Shown piece by piece: positions 27,619-38,169 of a stretch of 64,000 bases of DNA; positions within the stretch are counted from its first letter, which is position 1; every line of letters starts with the position of its first letter. The notes beneath the pieces are model-generated. The model was given only the letters and a program-made list of their open reading frames with translations. It searched no databases and had not been told where the DNA came from. The position numbers and the translations under genes are program-made. Where the stretch lies: the NCBI GenBank assembly GCA_963717505.1, contig OY970342.1, positions 992,001 through 1,056,000 on the forward strand. Direction: 5' to 3'. The DNA comes from Candidatus Eiseniibacteriota bacterium (GTDB lineage Bacteria > Eisenbacteria > RBG-16-71-46).

Positions 27619-28005
27619 ATGAGACAGGGACATGCATGGCTCGCCGCGTGTGCGCTGGCCGCCGGCCTGGTGGCGGCGGGAGTCGCACCGGTGGATGCCG
27701 CCAGCAAGACCAAGGCTGCGTCCAAGTCGGCGAACGACACCCGGCAGTTCACCGGTTACGTCGTGGCGCTGGACCCGTCGACGATCACCGTGGAAAAGCG
27801 CGGCGAGAAGCCGCGGACTCTGGTCTTCACTCGGGACGATGAGATGAAGACCAGCGGAGATCTCGAGAAGGACGCCCGTGTCACGGTGTACTACCGCGAT
27901 GACGACGGCGAACTCACGGCGCAGCGCGTGGTGGTCAAACCGCCGACCGGAACCCGATCCAAGTCGGGGTCCGGCACGAAGTCGAAGTCGAACGGAGGTC
28001 GCTGA
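27619..28005 (+). CDS. Small secreted OB-fold-like protein
   Basis: GGAGGTG RBS; signal peptide; FTGYVVALD...ITV...GDL...RVTVYY pattern. Confidence 0.65.
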   Translation: MRQGHAWLAACALAAGLVAAGVAPVDAASKTKAASKSANDTRQFTGYVVALDPSTITVEKRGEKPRTLVFTRDDEMKTSGDLEKDARVTVYYRDDDGELTAQRVVVKPPTGTRSKSGSGTKSKSNGGR

Positions 28006-28114
28006 CACCGAGGCCCGGTCGGAGCGCGCCCCCGCGCCCGGCCGGCTTGCGCGCCCCGCAGCACTCCGGCGATGATTGTCCATCCCCATTGGCCAAGACC
28101 CGAGGAAAGCCCCG

Positions 28115-29125
28115 TTGCGCCCGACCCCCCGAATACCCTCGTTCCTCCCCACCCTGTCGTATTTCGCCATCCTGATGCCGCTCGCCCTCGCCCCGGCCGC
28201 GAGGGCGGATTCCACCGCCGTCGAACCGCCGTACGCGATGATCGAGGCCCTGGGCGAGCCCCGGATCCTGCGCGCCGGCCAGTTGTGCACCGGGGACTAC
28301 GAAGCGTTCCCCGCGTTCACGCCCGACGGACGGTCCCTGTTCTTCGTCAAGAGTTCGCCCGATTTCACCTACCGGACGATCGTCGAGTCGAACTTCGGCT
28401 CCGACTGGAGCATTCCGCGCACACCGCCGTTCTCCGGGCTCTACGACGACTCGGCCCCGTTCCTGACCCCGGACGGCTCGAAAATCTACTTCGCATCGAA
28501 ACGCCCGTCTGCCGGCGTCGGATCGCCGCAATCGCACACCGATCTCTGGGTGGTCGAGCGCGTCGAGGGCGTCTGGGGCGCGCCGCGCCTGCTCGGAGCA
28601 CCGATCAGCGGGCCGGCGAATGAGACCTCGGTGTGCGTCGCCGCCGACGGCACGATCTACTTCAGCTCCGATCGCCCGGGCGGACACGGCGGACTCGACC
28701 TCTATCGTTGCCGGATGAACGGCGAGAAGCCGGGCGCCGTCGAGAATCTCGGCGCCTCGATCAACACCGCCCAGGACGAGGCCGACCCGCGCCTGGCGGC
28801 CGATGGCGCGTTCCTGCTGTTCGCATCGCGCGGACACAAGAACGGAATCGGCGGCTACGATCTGTGCGTCGCCAAGGCCGCGGGCCGCGGCTGGGCGGCG
28901 GCCGAGAACCTCGGCGGCCGGATCAATTCGGTGCGCGACGATTACGGCCCGTGCCTCGCGCCCGGCGGCAAATACGTGTTCTGGACCAGCACGCGCAGCT
29001 TCGCCGACGTGGTGCCGGACCGGCCGTGGCAGTACCCCGAGCTGCTCGGGCGGATTCGAATGGCCCGCAACGGGCTCGGCGACCTCTACCAACTCGAGCT
29101 GTCGGCGCTGGGCATCGGCCGGTGA
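28115..29125 (+). CDS. Secreted TolB/PD40 (WD40-like) repeat protein
   Basis: Repeats PAFTPDG, PFLTPDG..IYFASKR, IYFSSDRPGGHGGLDLY, NLG..IN; TTG start after GAGGA. Confidence 0.85.
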   Translation: MRPTPRIPSFLPTLSYFAILMPLALAPAARADSTAVEPPYAMIEALGEPRILRAGQLCTGDYEAFPAFTPDGRSLFFVKSSPDFTYRTIVESNFGSDWSIPRTPPFSGLYDDSAPFLTPDGSKIYFASKRPSAGVGSPQSHTDLWVVERVEGVWGAPRLLGAPISGPANETSVCVAADGTIYFSSDRPGGHGGLDLYRCRMNGEKPGAVENLGASINTAQDEADPRLAADGAFLLFASRGHKNGIGGYDLCVAKAAGRGWAAAENLGGRINSVRDDYGPCLAPGGKYVFWTSTRSFADVVPDRPWQYPELLGRIRMARNGLGDLYQLELSALGIGR

Positions 29126-31080
29126 CCCGAGGCGCCGCGATCGGGGTCGCGATGGTCGCGGCAACCCTGGCGACGGCGGCTCTGGCGGCAACGACACCGC
29201 TCCGCCTCGAAGAGGCGCTCACGCTCCGGACGTTCTCGAGTCCGGTGTGGTCGGCCGATGGATCGCGTCTCGCGTTCGTCGTCACCCTCGAAGACACCGC
29301 CGAGAACACGCGCAACGGCGATCTGTGGATGTGGGACGCACGCCGCAACCAGCTTTCCCAACTGACCCGCCACCCGAAGTCCGACGGCAGCCCGACCTTC
29401 TCGCCCTCGGGCGACACGGTCGCATTCGTCGCGAATCGCGGCACCGGTGACAACGCGCGCAGCACGATCTGGATGCTGTCGCTGCACGGCGGCGAGCCCT
29501 GGACCCACTCGTCGTTCGACGAAGGGATCGGAGAAGTTCAGTGGTCGCCGGACGGACGCTGGCTCGCCTACGTCCAGTCCGACACCCTGCCCAAACGCAT
29601 TCGCGACTGGCGGTCCAAGAAGTGGGATCACGTGGTCGAAGACGAGCGCCTCCAGTTCCCGCACCTGTGGGTGATCGACCTGGTGTCGGGGCGGCGGCGA
29701 CAGCTCACCACCGGCGAGCAGTTCGTGTGGTACGTGCGGTGGTCTCCGGACTCACGGCGCATCGCCTACCTGGTGAGCCCGACCGGCAAGCCGGACGACG
29801 GCAACCAGGTCGACATCGGGGTCGCCACGCCCGATGGCGCGTCGCCGCGCCGTCTGGGAGCGCTCGGTGGCGCTTTCGCCTGGTCGCCCGACAGTCGCTG
29901 GATCGCATGGGCGGGCGGCACGCGCCGCGATGAATGGGTGCAGAAGGACGACGTCTGGGTAGTACCGGCTACCGGCGGCGCGGCGGTCAATCTGACCGGG
30001 GCGTTCGATGAAGACGGCCAGACGCCCTGCTGGAACGCCACCTCCGACACTGTGTTCTTCCACGCCGAGCAGGGAGTGACCACGCGTCTGGCCGCGGTCG
30101 CCCTGCCGAGGGCGGGTACCGCGCCGACCGTGATCCTGGGTGAGGACCGTGGCGGGGCGGCGGCTGCGCCGACCGCCGCCACGGCCGGCCGATGCGTCTG
30201 GGTGCGCAGTGCCGCCGATCGGCCCGAAGAGTTGTATGTCGCGGACCACCCGCGCCTGCCGGGTCGCGCGATCACTTCGTTCAACGCCTCGGTCGCGACC
30301 CGCGCGCTCGCGACCACGCGCGAATTCACCTGGACCAGCGACGACGGCACACAGGTCGGCGGCGTTTTGCTCCGGCCGCACGGCGCGCGCTCGAACACGC
30401 GACTCAAGACTCTGGTCTGGCTGCACGGCGGGCCTTACGGCGATCGCGCCGATCTCGGGTTCCAGCCCTGGGGCCAATACCTGGCGAGCCGCGGCTACCA
30501 GGTGTTCATGCCCAACTTCCGCTCGAGCGGCGGCTCGGGCACGGCGTTCATGGTGCGCGAGCGGGCCGATTGGGGCGGGCAGGACTTTCGCGACGTCCAG
30601 ACCGGAATCGACAGCCTGATTCGCGCCGGCCTCGCCGACGGGGATCGCCTCGGCGTATACGGTCGCTCCTACGGTGGCTACCTCACGTCGTGGGCGATCA
30701 CCCAGACCGATCGATTCGATGCGGCGGTGGCGATCGCGCCGATCGCCGACCTGGCCGCGCTCTACGGACAGAGCGACGTTCAGAAATACCGCGCGTACGA
30801 GTTTCGCGGGAAGCCCTGGGAGACGCACGAATTCTGGCAGCGTTCCTCCCCGATCACCCACATCGCGCGCGCGAAGACGCCGACGCTGGTCGTCGGCTTC
30901 GACGAGGATCGCCGCACGCCGGTCGCTCAGGCGTACCAGCTCTATCGCGGGTTGCTCGGCGTCGGGGTGCCCACCGAATTCGTACACTATCCGCGCGAAC
31001 CGCACGTGCCGCGGGAATATCGTCACCGCGCGGATCAGCACCTGCGCATGGCGGCCTGGTTCGATCGCTGGGTGAAGTAG
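29122..31080 (+). CDS. Secreted S9-family peptidase (dipeptidyl/acylaminoacyl peptidase)
   Basis: WSPD propeller repeats; LHGGP, GRSYGG nucleophile, D(RRTP), H(VP); GTGA overlap. Confidence 0.92.
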   Translation: MTRGAAIGVAMVAATLATAALAATTPLRLEEALTLRTFSSPVWSADGSRLAFVVTLEDTAENTRNGDLWMWDARRNQLSQLTRHPKSDGSPTFSPSGDTVAFVANRGTGDNARSTIWMLSLHGGEPWTHSSFDEGIGEVQWSPDGRWLAYVQSDTLPKRIRDWRSKKWDHVVEDERLQFPHLWVIDLVSGRRRQLTTGEQFVWYVRWSPDSRRIAYLVSPTGKPDDGNQVDIGVATPDGASPRRLGALGGAFAWSPDSRWIAWAGGTRRDEWVQKDDVWVVPATGGAAVNLTGAFDEDGQTPCWNATSDTVFFHAEQGVTTRLAAVALPRAGTAPTVILGEDRGGAAAAPTAATAGRCVWVRSAADRPEELYVADHPRLPGRAITSFNASVATRALATTREFTWTSDDGTQVGGVLLRPHGARSNTRLKTLVWLHGGPYGDRADLGFQPWGQYLASRGYQVFMPNFRSSGGSGTAFMVRERADWGGQDFRDVQTGIDSLIRAGLADGDRLGVYGRSYGGYLTSWAITQTDRFDAAVAIAPIADLAALYGQSDVQKYRAYEFRGKPWETHEFWQRSSPITHIARAKTPTLVVGFDEDRRTPVAQAYQLYRGLLGVGVPTEFVHYPREPHVPREYRHRADQHLRMAAWFDRWVK

Positions 31081-32888
31081 TGGCTCGCTCGCCCGGCTCG
31101 AGAGCGCGAACCCGTCCAACGCCGGGGACGACCCGCCGGCGTGCCGCGGGGGATCGCGACCCCCGCCGCGCACTGGCGGCGCTCGACCGAATCCACGCCG
31201 AATTCGGCCCGGGCCAAGAGCCACTCAAGCTCGAGTTGCTGCGCCACCTGCATCGCGGACGTTTCGGGTACCCAGCCGATCTCGTGCGTTATCACGATCT
31301 CCTGTGCTTCCTCGCCGCGTATCCGGACGGTGCGCGCCTCGAGGCCCAGGTGATCGTCAGCCTGGCGGCGTTTCCCGGGCGCTCCGATCTCCGACGTCAC
31401 GCCCAGGCTTTGGCCGGCAGCGGCATTGCCGGGACCCCGATCGACTATCGTTTCTTCTACCCGACGGCGCGCTGGCTCGCCGAGCGCTGGCCGGCGCACC
31501 TCCGCATGACTTGGGGTGAATTCGGGAACGCTGACCGGTTGGAGCCGTTGTTGCCGCTGCTCGCCCATCCGGCCGAGATCCCGGCGATCGACGAACTGCC
31601 GTGGACCCCGCGCCAGTGGATCTCACGCATGAAAGCTCCCGGCGAGGGGGACGGAGCGTTCCTAGCCGCGCGCATCGCGGCTTTGCCGATGGCCGACCGC
31701 GCCCGCGAAACGATGTTCGACGCGCTCGATCCACCGATGCGGTTGCTCCCGGGCCCGACCACCCCGTCGCGGACCTTCGACCGAGCACCCACGCGGGTCG
31801 AGCCGCGGGGCGCCCGTGGCGCAGCGCCGCACCGCACGTACTCCACCCATTTCCGCGCCAGACCACTCGACCGGCGCCGGCCGGATCTTGCGGTCGCGAT
31901 TCGCGAGGCGCCACGCGCCGTGCGCGAACTGTCGCCGCGCGAGGGCGCCGCCTATGTCGACCTCGCCCGCGCCGCCATGGTCACGCGACAGCGGGATCTC
32001 GATGCGTTCGCCTACGCCGATGCCCGCGACGTTCGCCTGCTCGACTACGAGGACGGGCTCCAGTTCGCGTGGCTCGGCGTGATCCCCGAGCGGCGATTGT
32101 TGTTCGAGTCGGTGTATGGGGCATTGACCCTGATCAACGGGGTTCCGATCGGCTATGTCCTGGCCAGCGGGCTCTATCGCTCGTCCGAGATCGCCTACAA
32201 CGTGTTCGACACCTGGCGCGGCGGCGAAGCCGGGCGCATCTACGGCCGCGTGCTGGCTGCCACCCGTCACGTCCTGGGCAGCGACGCGTTCACCATCGAC
32301 CCCTACCAGCTGGGCGACGGCAACGACGAGGGCCTGCGCTCGGGCGCCTGGTGGTTCTACCGGAAGCTGGGCTTTGCGCCGCGCGATCCGGCAACCCTGC
32401 GGCTGGCGCGGATCGAGGGCGCACGGTTGCGCCGCCGGCCGTCGTATCGCTCGAGCCTCGCGACTCTGCGGCGCCTGGTGCGCGAGAACGTCTACTGGTT
32501 TGCCGGCCGCGAGCGCGACGACGTGCTCGGCTTGCTGCCGCTCGGCAGCGCATCGCTGGCCGCGACCCGACGACTTGGAGAGCGCTTCGGCGCCGACCGC
32601 GAGCGCGCCGGACGCGTGGCGACCCGCGAGGCCGCTCGACTGCTGGGCATTCGCGGATTCGCGGCGTGGAGCGGCAACGAGCGCGCGGCGTTCGACGCGT
32701 GGGCGCCGATCGTGCTCGAGCTGCCCGGCGTCCCGGGCTGGAGTACTGCGGAGCGGCGGGCAGCGGCCGCGGTGATCCGCGCCAAGGGCGGGCGGCGCGA
32801 GTCCGACTTCGTCCTGCGGTTCGACGCGCATCGTCGTCTGCGCACCGCACTCCGCCGGCTGGCGGAGCGATTGGCAGCGGACTCGTGA
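31080..32888 (+). CDS. Hypothetical protein with a C-terminal GNAT-like motif
   Basis: GTG abuts the upstream stop; GC3-rich; HDLLCFLAAYPD and SGAWWFYRKLGF segments. Confidence 0.65.
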   Translation: MARSPGSRARTRPTPGTTRRRAAGDRDPRRALAALDRIHAEFGPGQEPLKLELLRHLHRGRFGYPADLVRYHDLLCFLAAYPDGARLEAQVIVSLAAFPGRSDLRRHAQALAGSGIAGTPIDYRFFYPTARWLAERWPAHLRMTWGEFGNADRLEPLLPLLAHPAEIPAIDELPWTPRQWISRMKAPGEGDGAFLAARIAALPMADRARETMFDALDPPMRLLPGPTTPSRTFDRAPTRVEPRGARGAAPHRTYSTHFRARPLDRRRPDLAVAIREAPRAVRELSPREGAAYVDLARAAMVTRQRDLDAFAYADARDVRLLDYEDGLQFAWLGVIPERRLLFESVYGALTLINGVPIGYVLASGLYRSSEIAYNVFDTWRGGEAGRIYGRVLAATRHVLGSDAFTIDPYQLGDGNDEGLRSGAWWFYRKLGFAPRDPATLRLARIEGARLRRRPSYRSSLATLRRLVRENVYWFAGRERDDVLGLLPLGSASLAATRRLGERFGADRERAGRVATREAARLLGIRGFAAWSGNERAAFDAWAPIVLELPGVPGWSTAERRAAAAVIRAKGGRRESDFVLRFDAHRRLRTALRRLAERLAADS

Positions 32889-32916
32889 TCACGTTGGCCG
32901 GCCGAGCACCCCGCAC

Positions 32917-33873
32917 ATGAGCGATCTGCACGTCGTGTTCGGCGCTGGACAGGTGGGCACGCCGCTCGCGCAGAACCTGCTCGCAGCCGGCGCCCGCGTG
33001 CGCGTGGCGCGACGATCGGCTGCACCCCTGCCGCCCGGAATCGAACTCGTCACCGGCGACGCTGCCGATCAAGCCTTCTGCGCCGACGCGGCCCGCGGCG
33101 CCGCAGTGGTCTATCACTGCATGAATCCCGCCTACTCGGCGCGCGAGTGGGAGCGGCTGGTTCCCCGCTACATGTCGAACCTGATCGCGGCAGCGCGGGC
33201 GTCGAACGCCCGGCTGGTCGTGCTCGACAACCTGTACATGCTCGGGCGCACCGGGGGCACTCCGATGAACGAGGACACCCCGATGAACCCGTGCAGCCAC
33301 AAGGGCGAGATCCGCGCCCGCGCGGCGCAGACGTTGTTCGACGCTCACCGACGCGGCGACGTGCGAGCGGTCACGGCGCGCGCCTCGGACTACTACGGAC
33401 CGGGCGGCCACCTCACCCACTTCGGCGACGTGTTCTGGAAGCCGGTGCTGGCCGGCAAACCGGCGCAGGTGCTGATCGACCCCGATTCGGTGCACACGTA
33501 CCACTTCATTCCCGACGTCGCCGCGGGGATCGCCACGCTGGGGCTCCAGGCCGAGGAACCGGATTTCGGGCGGTCATGGATGCTGCCGTGCGCGCCGGCC
33601 GGCACCGGCCGCGATCTGGTCGGGCGACTTTCGCGGGCATTCGGAAGCGAGATTCGGGTCACGAGACTCCCAGGGCTCATGCGCCGCGTGGTCGGCGTGT
33701 TCATGCCGATCCTGCGCGAGATCGAGGAAATGATGTACCAGTGGCAGGAGCCGTTCATCGTCGACGACCGGCGCTTTCGCGAGCGTTTTCACCTGGCGCC
33801 CGCGGACCCCGACAATGCCGCGCGCGCCACGGTGGATTGGGCTCGGCTCGCATACTCGGGTACGGGCCGATAA
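32917..33873 (+). CDS. NAD-dependent epimerase/dehydratase (extended SDR)
   Basis: VFGAGQVG, DNLYMLG, KGEIRA, RASDYYGP, PDVA. Confidence 0.88.
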   Translation: MSDLHVVFGAGQVGTPLAQNLLAAGARVRVARRSAAPLPPGIELVTGDAADQAFCADAARGAAVVYHCMNPAYSAREWERLVPRYMSNLIAAARASNARLVVLDNLYMLGRTGGTPMNEDTPMNPCSHKGEIRARAAQTLFDAHRRGDVRAVTARASDYYGPGGHLTHFGDVFWKPVLAGKPAQVLIDPDSVHTYHFIPDVAAGIATLGLQAEEPDFGRSWMLPCAPAGTGRDLVGRLSRAFGSEIRVTRLPGLMRRVVGVFMPILREIEEMMYQWQEPFIVDDRRFRERFHLAPADPDNAARATVDWARLAYSGTGR

Positions 33874-33883
33874 GATCGACGTC

Positions 33884-36037
33884 GTGACCCCGCACCACGA
33901 AGGCCGCGCGCTACGCTGGACGCGAAACGCTTGTGGCGCCCTCGGCGTCCTGCTGATTCTCGCCGCCCTGCTGCTCGGCTACGCGACGCGTTCGCTGTTC
34001 AACGAGCGGGCGTTCGCCGACCGAATCGCCGCCAGCCTCGAGGACCCGCGCTTCGCCGGTTTCGTCGCCGAGCAGATCGCCGATGCCGTGATCGAGGCCA
34101 AGCCCGACCTGATCGGCTTGCGCCCGGTGCTGGTCGGCGTCGGCCGGAGCGTCGTGTCCTCGGCTCCGTTCCGCGCCGCGGTTCGCCGCAGCGCGCGCAC
34201 GCTGCACCACACGATCATGTCGGGCACCGGCAAGAACATCGTGCTGACCGTCAAGGATGTCGGAGCCCTCCTCGAGAGCGCGGCGGAAACCCACCCCGGC
34301 CTGGCGAAGCGGATCCCCGCCGGAGTCTCGGCGGCGCTCGGGCAGCTGGAAGCCATTCGTGGCGGCGAACTGGCGGTCCCGCTGATCCGAATCGCAAAGC
34401 GGATGCGTGCGGGAACCCTGTTGCTCCTGTTCCTCGGCCTCACGCTGTGCGTGACCCACGTCTGGCTCGCGCGCGACAGGCGGCGGGCGATCGTCGGGCT
34501 GGGCGTGGCGCTCGCCGTGATCGGCCTGGTGCTCGGCATCGTCAGCCGCTTCGGCGGCGACCTGCTCGGGCTGATGGCGCAGTCCAACCAACGGCCCGCG
34601 ATCGTCGGCCTGATCGGGACTTATCTCCGCGGACTCATGACCTGGGCCGCCGGACTCGGGTTCGCCGGACTCGTGCTCTCGGCGGCGTCGGCCTCGCTGC
34701 TCGAGCGGGTCCCCATCCAGAGCTGGGCGGCTCACACGCGGCAGTGGCTCACCGGCCCTCAACCGCGGATGCGATTGCGCCTGGCGCGCGGCGTGCTCGG
34801 CGCCGCGGTCGGAGCACTCCTGCTGTTCTGGCCGATGCCGTCCCTGACCGTGATCGGCTGGCTGTTCGGCGTGGTCGTGGCGTTCGCGGGGCTGCGGGAG
34901 GCGTTCGTCGCCGCACTCCACCTGCTGCCGCACGAACTTCGAGCCGAGCGCGTTCGAGACGCCGGTCGCCCACGCGGTAACGCCGTCGCCCTGGTCACCG
35001 CGCTGTCGCTCGTGTTGATCGCAGTCGCCGCCCTGATTCTGTTTCGCTCGGGCCGGGAGCCCGACGCTCCGCAGGACGTCACTGCCTGCAACGGCGCCCC
35101 GGAGCTTTGCGACCAGAGCCTCGACCGCGTGGTGTTCCCGACCACGCACAACTCGATGGGCGCTCCCGACGAAACTTCCTGGATGTTCCCGAATCAGGGA
35201 GCGGGCATCGCCCGCCAGCTCGAGGACGGCATTCGTGGCTTCATGATCGACGTCCACTACGGGGTCCCGGTCGGCGACAAGGTGAAGACCGAAGCTGGCA
35301 GACGAGAAGGTCGCGATGGCCAAGTACGAGGCGGCGCTCGGCAAGGAGGGCATGGCCGCGGTGCTCCGGATCCGCGACCGGCTGGCGGGCCAAGCCGCGG
35401 GCGACCGGGACGTCTACCTCTGCCACGGATTCTGCGAGCTCGGGGCGATGAAGCTGGTGCCGGTCCTGCGCGACGATGCGCGACTTCCTGGTCGCGAATC
35501 CCGGGGAGGTGCTGATCGTGGCGGTCCAGGACGAGAGCGTCACGCCCTCAGGACGTCGAGCGCTGCTTCCAGGAGAGCGGGTTGATCGACTACGTCTACC
35601 GCGGCCCGGCTCGGCCGCCGTGGCCGACGCTGCGCGAGATGATCGAAACCGATCAACGCGTGCTGGTCCTGGCCGAGAACGAGTGGGCCGGCGTCGACTG
35701 GTATCACCCGTCGTTCGAAGTCTTACAGGAGACACCGTATGGATTCCGCGACCCGTCCGAGTTCTCGAACCAACCGAATCGGGGCGGGACCGCTGGCTCG
35801 CTCCTGCTCATGAACCACTGGATCGAGACCACGCCGATGCCCAAGCCGAGCAATGCGGCGATCGTGAACGCGCACGACGCGCTGCTGGCGCGCATCCGCG
35901 CGTTCGAGCGAACGCGCGGCCGGGTACCGAACCTGGTGGCCGTGGACTTCTATGGCACCGGGGATCTGATCCAGGTCGTGCGCGAGCTGAACGCGAAGGC
36001 ATCGGTGCGCCGGCCTCCAGGGGCGCGCGGCCGCTGA
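33884..36037 (+). CDS. Multi-TM protein fused to a PI-PLC-like phosphodiesterase domain; three apparent +1 frameshifts (about 35292, 35474, 35546)
   Basis: CNG.PELC...THNS, QLEDGIRG..IDVH, LCHGFCELG, ANPGEV, WPTLREMI, LMNHW, PNLVAVDFY lie in successive frames and join if one base is removed at each site. Confidence 0.75.
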
Positions 36038-36097
36038 TTCTGGGGTCCTGAAGCCAGTTCCGAAAACGTCCGGTCCGGTGCCGGGGTTCGTGGCATC

Positions 36098-37613
36098 ATG
36101 AGCCCCATGTCGACCGCGACCCTGAACCCCACCACCTGCTACCGCGCCTTCGCCAGCCGCGACCGGCGATTCGACGGCGCCTTCTTCATGGCCGTGCGCA
36201 CGACCGGCGTCTATTGCCGGCCGGGTTGTCCGGCACGGCTCCCGGCGCGACAGAACGTCCGCTTCTTCCCTTCCGCCGCCGCCGCGGAGTCGGCCGGCTT
36301 TCGCGCTTGCTTCCGCTGCCGGCCCGACGCCTCCCCCGGCTCGCCGGCCTGGTCCGGAACCACCGCGACCGTGGCGCGCGCACTCCGGCTGATCGAAGAG
36401 AGCGCGCTCGAGGGAGTCCGCGTCGAGCGGGTTGCCGAGCGACTCGGTGTTTCGTCGCGCTGGATGCGGCGGCTGTTCGAGGAGCAGCTCGGCGCTGCAC
36501 CCCGCGACGTGGCGCGCACGCAGCGCGCGCACTTCGCGCGCCGGCTGATCGAGCAGAGCCGCATGCCGCTCGCCGACGTCGCACTCGCCTCGGGGTTTGG
36601 CGGCGAACGCAGGCTGCGGGCCGCGATCCACACCGCGTTCCACCGCTCGCCGGCCGAGTTGCGTGGCAGCCGTGCGGGGCGTGCGACGACGGGCTCCAGC
36701 GAGACGGCTTCCGCCGGGGTCATCGAGCTCAGGTTGCCGGCGCGCCCACCGTTCGACGCCCGTCCAATGATGTCGTTCTTCGCGCCGCGTGCGATCGACG
36801 GGGTCGAACGGGTGACTGGCGGTGTCTACGCGCGCAGCTTCCGACTCGACGGCGTCGCCGGCTGGTTCGAGGTCCGTGCGCTGCCGGACGACTCCGCGCT
36901 GAGCCTCCGCGTCGCGTGCGGATCCCCACGAGCCCTGCTGCCGGTGGCCGGACGCGTGAGCCGGATGTTCGACCTGGGCGCCGACGTGCGCGGCATCATG
37001 AACGTGCTGCGTCGCGATCCGTTGCTGGCTTCGAGAATTCCTCGGAGCGGGGTGCGGGTTCCCGGAGCGTGGGATCCGTTCGAGGCCGGGGTGCGCGCGA
37101 TCCTCGGCCAGCAGATTTCGGTCGCCGCCGCGCGCACGCTCGCCGCGCGGCTGGTGCGCGCGTACGGTGAGCCGCTGGCGGACGTCCCGGCCGATGGCGT
37201 CGCCCGCGGGATCAGCGCCGATCTCCCGCAAGGCATCTCGCACGTCTTCCCGACCCCGACGGCTTTGGCCGACGCCGATCTTGCGGACGCTCGGCCTGAC
37301 GCGGGCCCGCGTCGCCGCCCTGCGCGGCTTCGCCGCCGCGGTCGCAGACGGCCGCGTGGCACTCGCTGCGCCGCGCGCGACCGAGGATTTGATCGCGTCG
37401 CTGACCGCGCTCCCGGGAATCGGCGAGTGGACCGCCCAGTACCTGGCCATGCGAGCACTCGGCGAGCCGGACGCTTTTCCTGCGTCGGACCTGGGCGTGC
37501 GCAAGGCGCTGGCGCGCGGGAAGCGGCTGCCCACCGTCACTCAGGTACTCGAGCGTGCCGAGCGATGGCGACCGTGGCGCGCCTACGCGGTCATCGCGCT
37601 CTGGAGTTCATGA
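36098..37613 (+). CDS. alkA: Ada-AlkA fusion: Ada Zn domain/AraC HTH plus DNA-3-methyladenine glycosylase II; apparent +1 frameshift at about 37285
   Basis: TGVYCRPGC, GFRACFRC; DPFEAGVRAILGQQIS; HhH LPGIGEWTAQY, PDAFPASD and WRPWRAYA in the next frame. Confidence 0.88.
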
Positions 37614-37637
37614 CATGAAGCTTGAAAGGAGGTCCCC

Positions 37638-38162
37638 ATGAGCACCACCCCACTCGAAACCATGACCATGACCACCCGGCTCGGACCGATCGTATTGTTC
37701 GCGCACGCCGGCCGGCTGGTGGGACTCGAGTTCGCCGATCGTGTCGATCGCGTGCGCCGGCTCGAGCGCGGACTGATCGCCCGTCACGGGGCGAGCGGCG
37801 TGCGCCGAGCTGCGAATCCGGCCGGTGCGGCCACGCGGCTCGCGGCCTACTTTCGCGGCGACCTACAGGCGCTCGAAGGACAACCCGTAGCGGGCGAAGG
37901 CACGTCGTTCCAGAAGCGCGTCTGGGCGGCGTTGCGCGAGATCCCCGTGGGTGCGACGCGCTCGTACTCCGAAATCGCCAGGCGCATCGGGCAGCCGCGC
38001 GCGGTGCGCGCCGTGGCCGCCGCCAATGCCGCGAATCCGATCTCGCTGTTCGTTCCCTGCCACCGGGTGATCGGCGCCGACGGTTCACTGTGCGGCTATG
38101 GTGGCGGAATCGAGCGCAAACAGCGGCTGTTGGCGCACGAGCAACGCGCACGGGAGGGGTAG
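37638..38162 (+). CDS. ogt: Methylated-DNA--protein-cysteine S-methyltransferase
   Basis: GTSFQKRVW, IPVGATRSY, RAVA.AN, PCHRV active site; AAGGAGG RBS. Confidence 0.93.
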   Translation: MSTTPLETMTMTTRLGPIVLFAHAGRLVGLEFADRVDRVRRLERGLIARHGASGVRRAANPAGAATRLAAYFRGDLQALEGQPVAGEGTSFQKRVWAALREIPVGATRSYSEIARRIGQPRAVRAVAAANAANPISLFVPCHRVIGADGSLCGYGGGIERKQRLLAHEQRAREG

Positions 38163-38169
38163 GTGCGGT

